Part shown: positions 26,454 to 34,299 of the stretch, piece after piece
Position numbering within the stretch: the first letter of the stretch is position 1
Layout: each line of letters starts with the position of its first letter
Origin: Candidatus Xenobia bacterium
GTDB taxonomy: Bacteria; Vulcanimicrobiota; Xenobia; RGZZ01; DASYBA01
Assembly: GCA_036501005.1 (NCBI GenBank)
Contig: DASYBA010000090.1
Span: forward strand, 1 to 41,193
Length of the DNA: 41,193 bases
Direction of reading: 5' to 3'
Program-made: the position numbers and the translations under genes
The notes under the pieces: generated by a model
Seen by the model: the letters and a program-made list of their open reading frames with translations, nothing else
What the model was told of the DNA's origin: nothing
The model's database searches: none

Positions 26454-26666
26454 GCGGGCCTGCCCGGCAAACAGAACGTGAGGCGTCGACCCATACCCCC
26501 ATGGTAACCCGCCGGCCGCCCGCCGCCCATGGCCCGTCCGTCCTGGTAGGACTGTTCCACTCGGCCGCTCCAACCCGAATTGAGTCTCACATATCGGACG
26601 AAGTGTATGAAATAGCCTGGGGGGGCGGCCGGGCAGCCGGCTGGCACAAGCCAGCCGGCGCAGTGG

Positions 26667-27629
26667 TCAGGTCTTCCCGGCGGTGGCCAGCAGCTCGCGG
26701 ACCCTCGGGCGTACTTCCTTCTGGAACCGTTCGAGCGTCTCCATGTCGTAAGGGGGCGGACCGCCCAGCAGGATGCCCTGGAGGCCCACCTTGGCATAGG
26801 CCGCGATGGTCTGGGCCACCTGTTCAGGCCCACCCGTGACCGCCATCACGTTGGCGTTGGCCTGTTGCATGCGGTTGTGGGTCGTCACCTGCTTGGCACG
26901 GGCCTCCACGTCCTGCGGCTTGTCCCGGATGATGACGCTCAGCAAGACCGTCCCCAGGATGTGGTCGAAGGACGTCCCCGCCTCCTGGCAGTATCCTTTG
27001 AGCAACCCCAGCTTGTGCGCGATGACGTCGGGCGTGCCGAACCCGTTCCAATAGTCGGCATACTTTGCCACCAGGCGGAGCGTCTTCTGCTCCCCGCCGC
27101 CCCCGATCATGATGGGCAGGTGCTTCTGCACCGGTTTGGGCTCTGCCCACGCGCCGCTCACCTGGTAGTACTTGCCGTGCAAGGTCGTTTCCTTTTGATC
27201 GAGCATCGACCGCATGATGGGCAGCGCCTCGCCCAGCTTGGCGATCCGATCGCCCGGGCTCTTGCCAAAATCGATACCGTACTGCTTGTGCTCCAATTCG
27301 AACCAGGCCGCCCCCATGCCGACGATAGCGCGTCCGTTCGATATGTGATCGAGCGTGGCAGCCATCTTGGCCAGGACGGGAGGCTGCCGATAGGTGTTGC
27401 CCGACACCAGCGCGCCGAGCTTCACGTGCTTCGTCAAGGCCGCCAGGGCCGGCAGGAGCTGCCAGCACTCCAGGTTGGGTCCGGCCGGATCGCCGATGAT
27501 GGGCAGGAAGTGGTCCCACGCCCACACCGAGTCGTAGCCGAGCGTTTCCACGCGCAGCGCGGCGTCCCGCCACTCCGGCCAGGTTGCGTACTGGGGCCAG
27601 AGGCTGACGCCGTAATGCAGTTCGTTCAT
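26667..27629 (-). CDS. LLM-class (luciferase-like) flavin/F420-dependent oxidoreductase
   Basis: Typical LLM N-terminus (LHYGVSLWPQ...GYDSVWAWDHF) with TIM-barrel spacing. ISNGRAIVGMGAGW block. About 320 aa. Confidence 0.8.
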   Translation of the reverse strand: MNELHYGVSLWPQYATWPEWRDAALRVETLGYDSVWAWDHFLPIIGDPAGPNLECWQLLPALAALTKHVKLGALVSGNTYRQPPVLAKMAATLDHISNGRAIVGMGAAWFELEHKQYGIDFGKSPGDRIAKLGEALPIMRSMLDQKETTLHGKYYQVSGAWAEPKPVQKHLPIMIGGGGEQKTLRLVAKYADYWNGFGTPDVIAHKLGLLKGYCQEAGTSFDHILGTVLLSVIIRDKPQDVEARAKQVTTHNRMQQANANVMAVTGGPEQVAQTIAAYAKVGLQGILLGGPPPYDMETLERFQKEVRPRVRELLATAGKT

Positions 27630-27716
27630 GAGGTCACCTGCTTTCTGTGGTTCGGTAGAGGTGCCCTAGTTAACGGCCCGCCATGGACGTTCCTCCAGCC
27701 CGGTGCCGAGCGCGAC

Positions 27717-27746
27717 AAGGCCAGCCTCGGAGACCGGGCTGGCCTT
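27717..27746 (-). terminator. stem-loop downstream of the repeat-protein gene (possible terminator, no U-tract)
   Basis: AAGGCCAGCC (27717-27726) and GGCTGGCCTT (27737-27746) form a 10-bp perfect stem. It lies 19 nt past the stop at 27765-27767. Confidence 0.35.
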
Positions 27747-27764
27747 GACGGATAGAAGGGACTT

Positions 27765-28940
27765 TTAGGCGACGCTCTTCAGGATGTGCCAGCCGAGCTG
27801 GCCGGCGTTCTTGCCCAGGTCGGAAACGGTGTTGATGGCGTTCTCGAAGGTGTGGCCGACCGTCGTCGCCGCATCGTCGATGGCCTCGACCGCCGTTGCG
27901 CCCACGTTGACGGCGGCATGACCCACCGTCTTGGCACCGTCGACCGCCAGGTCCTTGCCCGTGTGCCAGGCGTTCTTGCCCAGGTGGCCGGCGGCGCTGG
28001 CGACGTCGACGGCCGCCTGGCCAACCGTGATGGCGGTGTTGTCGATGGCATTGCCGACCAGGTTGCCAGTGTCGAGGACGGCACCCTTCCCGGCGTGCCA
28101 GGCGTGCTTCGCCAGGTGGGCGACGGCGGTCCCGCCATCGGCCACGGCGTCGGCGGCCGTGTCGACCACGTTGGCGGCCGCGTGTCCGACGGTCTTGGCC
28201 CCGTCAACCACCAGGTCCTTGCCCGTGTGATAAGCATTCACGCCCAGGTGGCCAACCGTGAGGCCGGTATCGGCCACCAGGTCTACCGCGGTGGCGACCG
28301 CATTGCCGGCCAGGTGACCGGTCGCAGCGACGGGGTGCCCGTCAGCCAGATCGTCGAAGAACTGGCCGGTGGTCAGCCCGAGGTTCTCACCTGCGTGCAG
28401 AAGGGTCTTACCCGTATCGACAACCAGGCCTTTGCCCGTGCCGTAGAGGTTCTTGCCCGCGTCGGCCGCCGTCTTGCCGACGTCGTAGCCTGCTTCAGCT
28501 ACCGTACCCGCCGCGTTGAGGACGGCATCCTTGCCGAAGTTCCAGGTGTCCTTGCCCAAGTCGGCGCCAGCTTCAACAGCGTGCCCACCCAGGTGGTCCA
28601 GGGCCGCCGCGGCGTCGCCCAGGGCCATGTAGCCGGTGATGCCTGCGTTGAGGGCGGCGTTGCTCACGGCGTGGCCGCTGTCGACCACGGCGTCCTTGCC
28701 AGTCTTGTAAAGATTCTTGCCGGCATCGACAGCCGTCTTGGCCGTATCTTCGGCGGCGATGGCCGCCGTGGCGACCGTATTGAGAGCCAGGTGGCCCACG
28801 CTCTTGCCGGTGTCGGTCACCAGGTTGGCACCGGTCTGGAACGTATCGGACACAGCATCGTTCACCAGCCGTGCCGAGTCGTTGCCTATGGTGCGGCTGA
28901 AGTTGGAATGACCGGCGGCGGTTGGATTGATGGTGTTCAT
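27765..28940 (-). CDS. 391-aa repeat protein of unknown function (Ala/Gly/Val/Asp/Thr/His-rich, 11-residue periodicity, no signal peptide, no Cys)
   Basis: ATG at 28940 with a purine-rich patch upstream. High third-position GC. The motif GKN(L/A)(Y/W)xxGKxxVxD recurs 7 times. The plus-strand ORF 27786-28970 is Gly/Arg/Val-rich and looks like an antisense shadow. Confidence 0.6.
   Translation of the reverse strand: MNTINPTAAGHSNFSRTIGNDSARLVNDAVSDTFQTGANLVTDTGKSVGHLALNTVATAAIAAEDTAKTAVDAGKNLYKTGKDAVVDSGHAVSNAALNAGITGYMALGDAAAALDHLGGHAVEAGADLGKDTWNFGKDAVLNAAGTVAEAGYDVGKTAADAGKNLYGTGKGLVVDTGKTLLHAGENLGLTTGQFFDDLADGHPVAATGHLAGNAVATAVDLVADTGLTVGHLGVNAYHTGKDLVVDGAKTVGHAAANVVDTAADAVADGGTAVAHLAKHAWHAGKGAVLDTGNLVGNAIDNTAITVGQAAVDVASAAGHLGKNAWHTGKDLAVDGAKTVGHAAVNVGATAVEAIDDAATTVGHTFENAINTVSDLGKNAGQLGWHILKSVA
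27768..28721 (-). repeat. in-frame tandem repeats inside the 391-aa gene (units of 33-55 codons; 264-nt higher-order repeat visible at DNA level)
   Basis: The GKNxW/Y motif starts at residues 74, 129, 162, 233, 277, 321 and 376, giving spacings of 55, 33, 71, 44, 44 and 55. The exact 18-mer CAGGTCCTTGCCCGTGTG occurs at 27948 and 28212, 264 nt apart. Confidence 0.8.
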
Positions 28941-28973
28941 TGGCTGTGGCCCCCTATCGAATTTGTCTGACCT

Positions 28974-28980
28974 ATTATCA
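28974..28980 (-). promoter_or_regulatory. candidate -10 element (TGATAAT on the minus strand) for the repeat-protein gene
   Basis: GATAAT lies 33 nt upstream of the ATG at 28940. It is an AT-rich hexamer in otherwise GC-rich DNA. The -35 element is weak. Confidence 0.25.
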
Positions 28981-29011
28981 CCGATCGCCCCCCGTCAGTC
29001 GTGAATGGGCG

Positions 29012-29038
29012 GTTAACAAAGGTAACGGCGATGTTAAC
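29012..29038. promoter_or_regulatory. three phased GTTAAC / GGTAAC / GTTAAC half-sites (candidate response-regulator binding array)
   Basis: GTTAAC at 29012, GTAAC at 29022 and GTTAAC at 29033, giving 10- and 11-nt spacing. They sit in the divergent region between the repeat-protein gene and the Spy/CpxP-like gene. Confidence 0.3.
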
Positions 29039-29162
29039 AGCCGGCCATCCCCACATCCCATCAGACCGCGCCGGATCAGGCGCCATCGCCCTACCGGCGG
29101 GGTTGCAGGACTCGCCACGCCACGTCGTAAGCTAGCGGGGACATCCATCGAAGGAGATCCCC

Positions 29163-29633
29163 ATGAACCGTCGAGGCGTGCTCCTCCCCGTCCTGCTCCT
29201 GGCCCTGGGAGCCCCCATTCACGCCCAGACTCCCGCGGGCTGCGCCCCCATGGTCCCGGCCTCCGCGAGCCCTGCCAGTCAGCACGGGACCGCTCTGTGG
29301 GACTACCAGACGGAACTGAGCCTGAGCACTGCCCAGGTCGACAAGATTCACAGCACCTACGACAGCTTCCAGAAGAAGATGATGGACAACGAACAGAAGC
29401 TGCGCGGCCTCAGCCAGGAGATCGCCGGCCTGGTCCGGCAGAGTGCAGACATCACTACCATCCGCGCCAAGATGCAGCAGGCGGCCAACCTCCAAGTCGA
29501 CGTCAGCATCGAAGACATCCAGACCGGGCGGGCCATCAGCGCCATTTTGACGCCCTCGCAGCGCAAGCAGTGGGCAGACATCCAGACCCAGCTCCGAGTT
29601 CAGCAAGGCGCAATTCCACCCCCCAACAAGTGA
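29163..29633 (+). CDS. periplasmic Spy/CpxP-family (LTxxQ motif) protein
   Basis: Signal peptide MNRRGVLLPVLLLALGAPIHA/Q. Helical, Gln/Lys-rich. LSTAQVDKI and LTPSQRKQW LTxxQ-type motifs. GAAGGAG RBS. Confidence 0.7.
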   Translation: MNRRGVLLPVLLLALGAPIHAQTPAGCAPMVPASASPASQHGTALWDYQTELSLSTAQVDKIHSTYDSFQKKMMDNEQKLRGLSQEIAGLVRQSADITTIRAKMQQAANLQVDVSIEDIQTGRAISAILTPSQRKQWADIQTQLRVQQGAIPPPNK

Positions 29634-29763
29634 TTGACATCACAGCCTCGCCCGGCGGAGAATGTTAATATACTAGCGAGGCTCACGTCAGGGATGTGTA
29701 GGTATCCCCTACAGCTCTGGCCCCGTTGACTTACGGAGGGCCTCTTCCTCTCTCCCCTGTTGT

Positions 29764-29789
29764 GAGGCTCCATCGGAGCCTTTTTTTTT
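29764..29789 (+). terminator. rho-independent terminator
   Basis: GAGGCTCC-ATC-GGAGCCT hairpin followed by nine T residues (29781-29789). It lies 131 nt after the Spy-like stop codon and 52 nt before the next gene. Confidence 0.8.
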
Positions 29790-29840
29790 GCCCCGGCCGG
29801 CAATGAACGGCATTCACCGCCGTCGAATGGTGGCCGGGAG

Positions 29841-31010
29841 ATGTACGACCTTCTCGTGGTGGGCGCCGGCCCGGCCGGCTCTCGGACCGCGGCCCTCATG
29901 GCGGCCGCGGGTCACAGCGTCGCGCTTCTGGAGGAGCATGCCGCCGCCGGCGAGCCCGTCCACTGCACCGGCATCGTGGGGGAGGACTGCATGCAACGCT
30001 ATGCGCTGCCTCCCGCGCTGGTGCGGAAGCTCCTGCCTCATTTCGAGGTGATCGCGCCCGACGGCACGGTGTGCCCCTTGCCGGGGTCCGTCTACGTGCT
30101 GGACCGCGCCGGACTGGACCGCCTTCTGGCCGAGCGGGCCCGTCACGCGGGCGCCGAGCTGCACACGGGGTGCCGCGCCCTGCAGGTTCAGGAGAGGGCC
30201 GATCGGGTGAGCGTCGAGGTGCGGCGGGCCGACGGCGTCGAGTGGTTGGAGGCCCGCCACGTGGTGCTGGCCTGCGGGGCCATGTCCACCCTGCCGCGGC
30301 GCAGCGGCCTAGCCGAGCCCGAGGCCTGGTATCGCTCCGTGCAGTCGGAGTGGGAAACCCCGCCGCCGACCACGGCTCGCGTACTGCTGGGCAGCGCCTT
30401 CTCGCAGGGCGCTTTTGCCTGGACAGTTCCGCTGGGCCCCACGAGCATCAAGATGGGTCTGCTGTCCCCCACGTCGGTGAGACAGGGCTACCACAGGCTG
30501 ACCGACGGGCTGCCGGGCCGCCCGTTGGGCCGAGCGGAGTGGCGACGCATGCCCATGGGTCTGGTCAGCCGGTCGGTGCGGGGCCGGGTGGCCGCCGTCG
30601 GCGACGCGGCCGGACAGGTCAAGACCACCACCGGCGGCGGCATCTACTATGCGCTACGCTGCGCCGACTTGCTGGCGCAAGCCCTGCTGGCAGGTCGGCT
30701 GGACCGCTATGAACCGTCCTGGCGCGAGCTGGTGGGACGAGACCTGCACAGCGGCCGCCTCGCCCGCCGCCTGCTCGAACGGTTGGACGACGCCGAGATG
30801 AACCGCCTGGTTCGGCTGTGCCGCCGCGACGAGGTGCAAGGGCTCCTCGCCAACCACTGGCACTTCGACTTCCACCAGGGCATTCTGCGGGCCCTGGCGA
30901 CCGCCCCCGGCCTCCGCCGCCTGGCCGCCGAGACCTGCACCACCCATGGTTTCCAGCACCTGCTCAAAGTGACCGACCGGCTGCGCCTGGTTCCAGGGCT
31001 CCGGCGTTAG
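29841..31010 (+). CDS. geranylgeranyl reductase family FAD-dependent oxidoreductase
   Basis: N-terminal dinucleotide fold YDLLVVGAGPAGSRTAALMAAAGHSVALLE. The following ...GEPVHCTGIVG... and ...VGDAAGQVKTTTGGGIYYAL blocks are characteristic of the GGR family. Confidence 0.8.
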   Translation: MYDLLVVGAGPAGSRTAALMAAAGHSVALLEEHAAAGEPVHCTGIVGEDCMQRYALPPALVRKLLPHFEVIAPDGTVCPLPGSVYVLDRAGLDRLLAERARHAGAELHTGCRALQVQERADRVSVEVRRADGVEWLEARHVVLACGAMSTLPRRSGLAEPEAWYRSVQSEWETPPPTTARVLLGSAFSQGAFAWTVPLGPTSIKMGLLSPTSVRQGYHRLTDGLPGRPLGRAEWRRMPMGLVSRSVRGRVAAVGDAAGQVKTTTGGGIYYALRCADLLAQALLAGRLDRYEPSWRELVGRDLHSGRLARRLLERLDDAEMNRLVRLCRRDEVQGLLANHWHFDFHQGILRALATAPGLRRLAAETCTTHGFQHLLKVTDRLRLVPGLRR

Positions 31011-31063
31011 AAATTAACAAAAACGACTAGCAATAGAACGGCACTTGGGATACTCTAAAAGCA

Positions 31064-32356
31064 ATGGTTGAGCGGATCACGGTGCGGGGAACCCCCACCC
31101 GGACAGAACGTCAGGCTGCGCCTGCAGGCGTCGACAAGACGACCTCGGGCGTTTCTCATGACCCCGGGCTGGCGCAGGCTTCGCAACTCAAGCGTCTGGC
31201 CCAGACTCGGCCCTCGTTTAACGTGGAGGGGCGATTCCCGTCCGCCCACTGGGCATGGACCGAGCGGTTGCACGACCCCCACCCCGAGCTCATCCAGCGT
31301 GACTTTCTCGAGGTCCAGAAGCAACCGGATGCGGACAATGTGCGAGCCTTCGGCACCGAGACGCCGTCCTCGAGCGACGTCCTGCTGCACTACGCCGGGG
31401 ACCCCCCGGCGGGAGTTCCTGTCCACCCCAGACCCGTTCTCCTCGTGCACGGCGCCGCCCACGATTCGAACTATTTCAAAGACGGGCACGACGGCAAGGT
31501 CGGCGGCGGCCTGGCCGATCATCTCCGCCAGCAGGGCTTCAAAGTCTACGCCGTCACGTTTGCCCACAACCAGGACGACAACTTCTTCTGGGCCCAGCAG
31601 ATCAACAACGCCAAGACCCGCATCAAAACCCTGGAGAAGGTCGACGACATCGACATGGTGGCCCACAGCAAGGGCGGCCAGGCGGCCCAGATGGTGGTGT
31701 CGGATTTCCGCCAGCCCTGGATGACGGCCTACCCCCAGGACGTCCACCGGGTCGTTTTCGTGGCGGCGCCCCTGGGCGGTATCGATTATTCGTTCCGGCA
31801 CCCGGCGGTCAGCCTCGGCATGGCCTGCATGCCCGACTTTACCTTCAACGCCCCCACCTCGTGGGATCGTACGTACTACTGGGGGCTGCCCAAGAGCACC
31901 ACGGCCATGAGCTTTGGCGCCGGCATCGACGGGCCCGGCCCCGACTACTTTCCCGGGCAGCGACAGATCCTGGGCCGGTGGGACGAGTCCTATCCGCTGC
32001 CCCGCTTTGAGACCGACTGGAAGACCACCTACTACGGCGGGCAGGGTGTGGTCAGCCACGGCGAGGGCATCGAACACTATATCGATCAAGGCGGCGACAC
32101 GGTCGAGAAACTGCAGGAAAAGGGCATCCAGCCGGGGGTTGAGGTGGCCGTGCTGGCTGGGGATCGCCCCAACCTGCCGTCTTTCTACAACGAAGAGACC
32201 GGGCCGAGCGACGGCCTGCTGTTCACCAAGAGCGCGACCGCGCTTCCGCCGGGGGCCAACCTGCTCGAGACCCGGGTCTTGCCGCTCAACCACATGGACC
32301 TGGTTCGCAAACCGGCCGGCATGGACGCCATCGCCGACCTCCTGTCTCGCCCCTGA
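31064..32356 (+). CDS. alpha/beta-hydrolase, lipase-like (AHSKGG nucleophile elbow), with ~100-aa unrecognised N-terminal extension
   Basis: PVLLVHGAAHDSNYF (oxyanion region) and DMVAHSKGG (A-x-S-x-G lipase-type elbow). No signal peptide is visible. It lies between the GGR and UbiD genes, with gaps of 53 and 3 nt. Confidence 0.55.
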   Translation: MVERITVRGTPTRTERQAAPAGVDKTTSGVSHDPGLAQASQLKRLAQTRPSFNVEGRFPSAHWAWTERLHDPHPELIQRDFLEVQKQPDADNVRAFGTETPSSSDVLLHYAGDPPAGVPVHPRPVLLVHGAAHDSNYFKDGHDGKVGGGLADHLRQQGFKVYAVTFAHNQDDNFFWAQQINNAKTRIKTLEKVDDIDMVAHSKGGQAAQMVVSDFRQPWMTAYPQDVHRVVFVAAPLGGIDYSFRHPAVSLGMACMPDFTFNAPTSWDRTYYWGLPKSTTAMSFGAGIDGPGPDYFPGQRQILGRWDESYPLPRFETDWKTTYYGGQGVVSHGEGIEHYIDQGGDTVEKLQEKGIQPGVEVAVLAGDRPNLPSFYNEETGPSDGLLFTKSATALPPGANLLETRVLPLNHMDLVRKPAGMDAIADLLSRP

Positions 32357-32359
32357 CGC

Positions 32360-34135
32360 GTGGGATATCAGAGCCTGCAGGCCTGCGTCGCCGACCTGGA
32401 ACGGACCGGTCGACTGATCCGTATCGAACAGGAAGTGGACGCCCACCTCGAGGCCGCCTGCATTGCCCGCCGGGTGTTCCAGGCGGCCGGCCCGGCCGTG
32501 TTCTTCGCGCGGGTGAAGAACTGCGCATTTCCCATGGTCGGGAACATGTTCGGCACCATGGAGCGAGCTCGCTACATCTTCCGCGACACGCTGGAAGCGG
32601 TGGGCCGTCTGGTCGACCTGCGGCTCAACCCCACCGAGGTGCTACGTCGGCCGTGGCGGTTTCTGTCCCTGCCGCGGACGGCCTGGCACCTCCTGCCGCA
32701 GGATGTAGCGGATGGGCCCGTCATGGCCTGTCGAACCACCGTCTCGGCCCTGCCTCGGCTGCAGAGTTGGCCTGACGACGGCGGGCCTTTCATTACGCTC
32801 CCGCTGGTCTACACGGAAGATCCGAAGAGGCCGGGACCGTGGCGCAGCAACCTGGGCATGTATCGGATCCAGCTCACGGGCAATCAATACCAGACCGACG
32901 CCGAGGTGGGCATGCACTACCAGATCCACCGGGGTATCGGCATCCACCACGCCGCCGCGGTGGCCAAGGGTGAGAAACTGCCCGTCACGGTGCACGTAGG
33001 AGGCCCACCGGCCCTCACGCTGGCGGCCATCATGCCGCTGCCGGAAGGCATGCCAGAGATCGCCTTCGCCGGGGCTCTGGGGGACCAACGAACCCGGCTA
33101 TCGGACGGCGTCCTGGTCGACACGGACTTCGTGCTGAAGGGGTTTGTCGATCCCACTCGGCGCCTGCCCGAAGGACCTTTCGGCGACCACCTGGGCTACT
33201 ACAGCCTGGCCCATGATTTCCCGGTCATGACCGTCGCGAGCGTGCACCACCGCCGAGATGCGATCTGGCCTTTCACTACCGTGGGCCGCCCCCCGCAGGA
33301 AGACACCATGTTCGGGGCCCTCATTCACGAACTGACGGGGCCCTTGATTCCGGCCGTCCTGCCGGGCGTCAAGGCCGTGCATGCGGTCGATGCAGCGGGC
33401 GTCCATCCGCTCCTGCTGGCGATTGGCAGCGAGCGCTACACGCCCTACGAAAAGCGCACCTCACCGCGGGAAATCCTCACCCAGGCCAACGCCATCCTCG
33501 GTCAGGGGCAACTTTCCCTGGCGAAGTACCTGTTGATCGTCGCCGGGGACGACAACCCGAACCTGTCGATCAACGACATTCCGGCCTTCCTCCACCACCT
33601 TCTCAGTCGTATTGACTTTCGCCGTGACCTGCACTTCCAGACCTGCACCACCATCGACACGCTGGATTACTCCAGCGGAACCATGCACATGGGGTCGAAG
33701 CTCGTCATGGCCGCAGTCGGAGCGCCCCGACGGGCGCTATCGAACGAGGTGCCGAACCTGCCGGCGAGCTTGCGGAACCCGCGCCTGGTCATGCCGGGGG
33801 TTCTCGCGGTCGAAGGGGATCCGATCGTCGACCACGTGCCCACCGATCCTCGCTGGGAGGGCACGCCCCTGTGGGTCGTGGTCGACGACAGCGCCTTCAC
33901 CGCCGCCACCTTATCGAACTTCCTCTGGGTCACGTTCACCCGTTCGAACCCAGCCGCCGACGTGCACGGCATCGATGCCTTTATCGAACAGAAACACTGG
34001 GGCTGTCGGGGCCCCCTGGTCATCGATGCCCGCCGCAAACCGCACCATGCGCCGCCTCTCGAAGAAGACCCGGCCGTGATGCACCGGGTCGACGCGCTGG
34101 CCGCCCCAGGCGGCCCGCTGCACGGGATTCTGTGA
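32360..34135 (+). CDS. UbiD-family (prenylated-FMN-dependent) decarboxylase, long form (591 aa)
   Basis: UbiD-type N-terminus (LQACVADLERTGRLIRIEQEVD). The conserved blocks WPDDGGPFITLPLVYT, NLGMYR and HHAA follow. GTG start 3 nt after the upstream stop. Confidence 0.8.
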   Translation: MGYQSLQACVADLERTGRLIRIEQEVDAHLEAACIARRVFQAAGPAVFFARVKNCAFPMVGNMFGTMERARYIFRDTLEAVGRLVDLRLNPTEVLRRPWRFLSLPRTAWHLLPQDVADGPVMACRTTVSALPRLQSWPDDGGPFITLPLVYTEDPKRPGPWRSNLGMYRIQLTGNQYQTDAEVGMHYQIHRGIGIHHAAAVAKGEKLPVTVHVGGPPALTLAAIMPLPEGMPEIAFAGALGDQRTRLSDGVLVDTDFVLKGFVDPTRRLPEGPFGDHLGYYSLAHDFPVMTVASVHHRRDAIWPFTTVGRPPQEDTMFGALIHELTGPLIPAVLPGVKAVHAVDAAGVHPLLLAIGSERYTPYEKRTSPREILTQANAILGQGQLSLAKYLLIVAGDDNPNLSINDIPAFLHHLLSRIDFRRDLHFQTCTTIDTLDYSSGTMHMGSKLVMAAVGAPRRALSNEVPNLPASLRNPRLVMPGVLAVEGDPIVDHVPTDPRWEGTPLWVVVDDSAFTAATLSNFLWVTFTRSNPAADVHGIDAFIEQKHWGCRGPLVIDARRKPHHAPPLEEDPAVMHRVDALAAPGGPLHGIL

Positions 34136-34299
34136 GCGGCGGTCGAAGATGCCAGGCGTTCTGCCGCAGCGCAAGATGACGCCCCAGGAATTTCCAGCGA
34201 CAGCCGAGTGGGCGGTGGCTGCTCACGAAGTACAGCGGCCTGGAGGCCGTCGTCGACCTCCCCGACCTTGGCGTCAAGCTCCCCCTGTCCGAACCGGTT

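Noticed and set aside
24298-26502. 734-aa minus-strand ORF antisense to the acyl-CoA ligase
   Set aside because: It has shadow-ORF composition (Arg/Gly/Pro-rich) with no motifs. The plus strand carries the canonical ANL motifs.
23486-28940. The idea that the Cys-hydrolase, the ligase and the 11-mer repeat protein together form a PHA- or lipid-inclusion system (synthase + activation + phasin-like coat)
   Set aside because: The idea is attractive but unsupported. The alpha/beta protein is about 100 aa shorter than the smallest PHA synthases. The genes lie on different strands, separated by unrelated ORFs, and no phaA/B/P/R-like genes are visible. I keep it only as a speculative remark inside the individual findings.
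27786-28970. 394-aa plus-strand ORF covering the whole repeat-protein locus
   Set aside because: The repeat composition leaves the antisense frame open. The product is Gly/Arg/Val-rich with no start context. The minus-strand frame has the coherent periodic motif, a better third-position G/C bias and a plausible -10 element. Strand assignment still deserves experimental confirmation.
29634-29674. Perfect TTGACA (29634-29639) as a -35 element paired with TAATAT/TATACT
   Set aside because: The spacer to the nearest -10-like hexamer is 26-29 nt, far from the 16-18 nt needed for a sigma-70-type promoter. Only the extended -10-like TGtTAATAT is kept, as a weak possibility within the sRNA finding.
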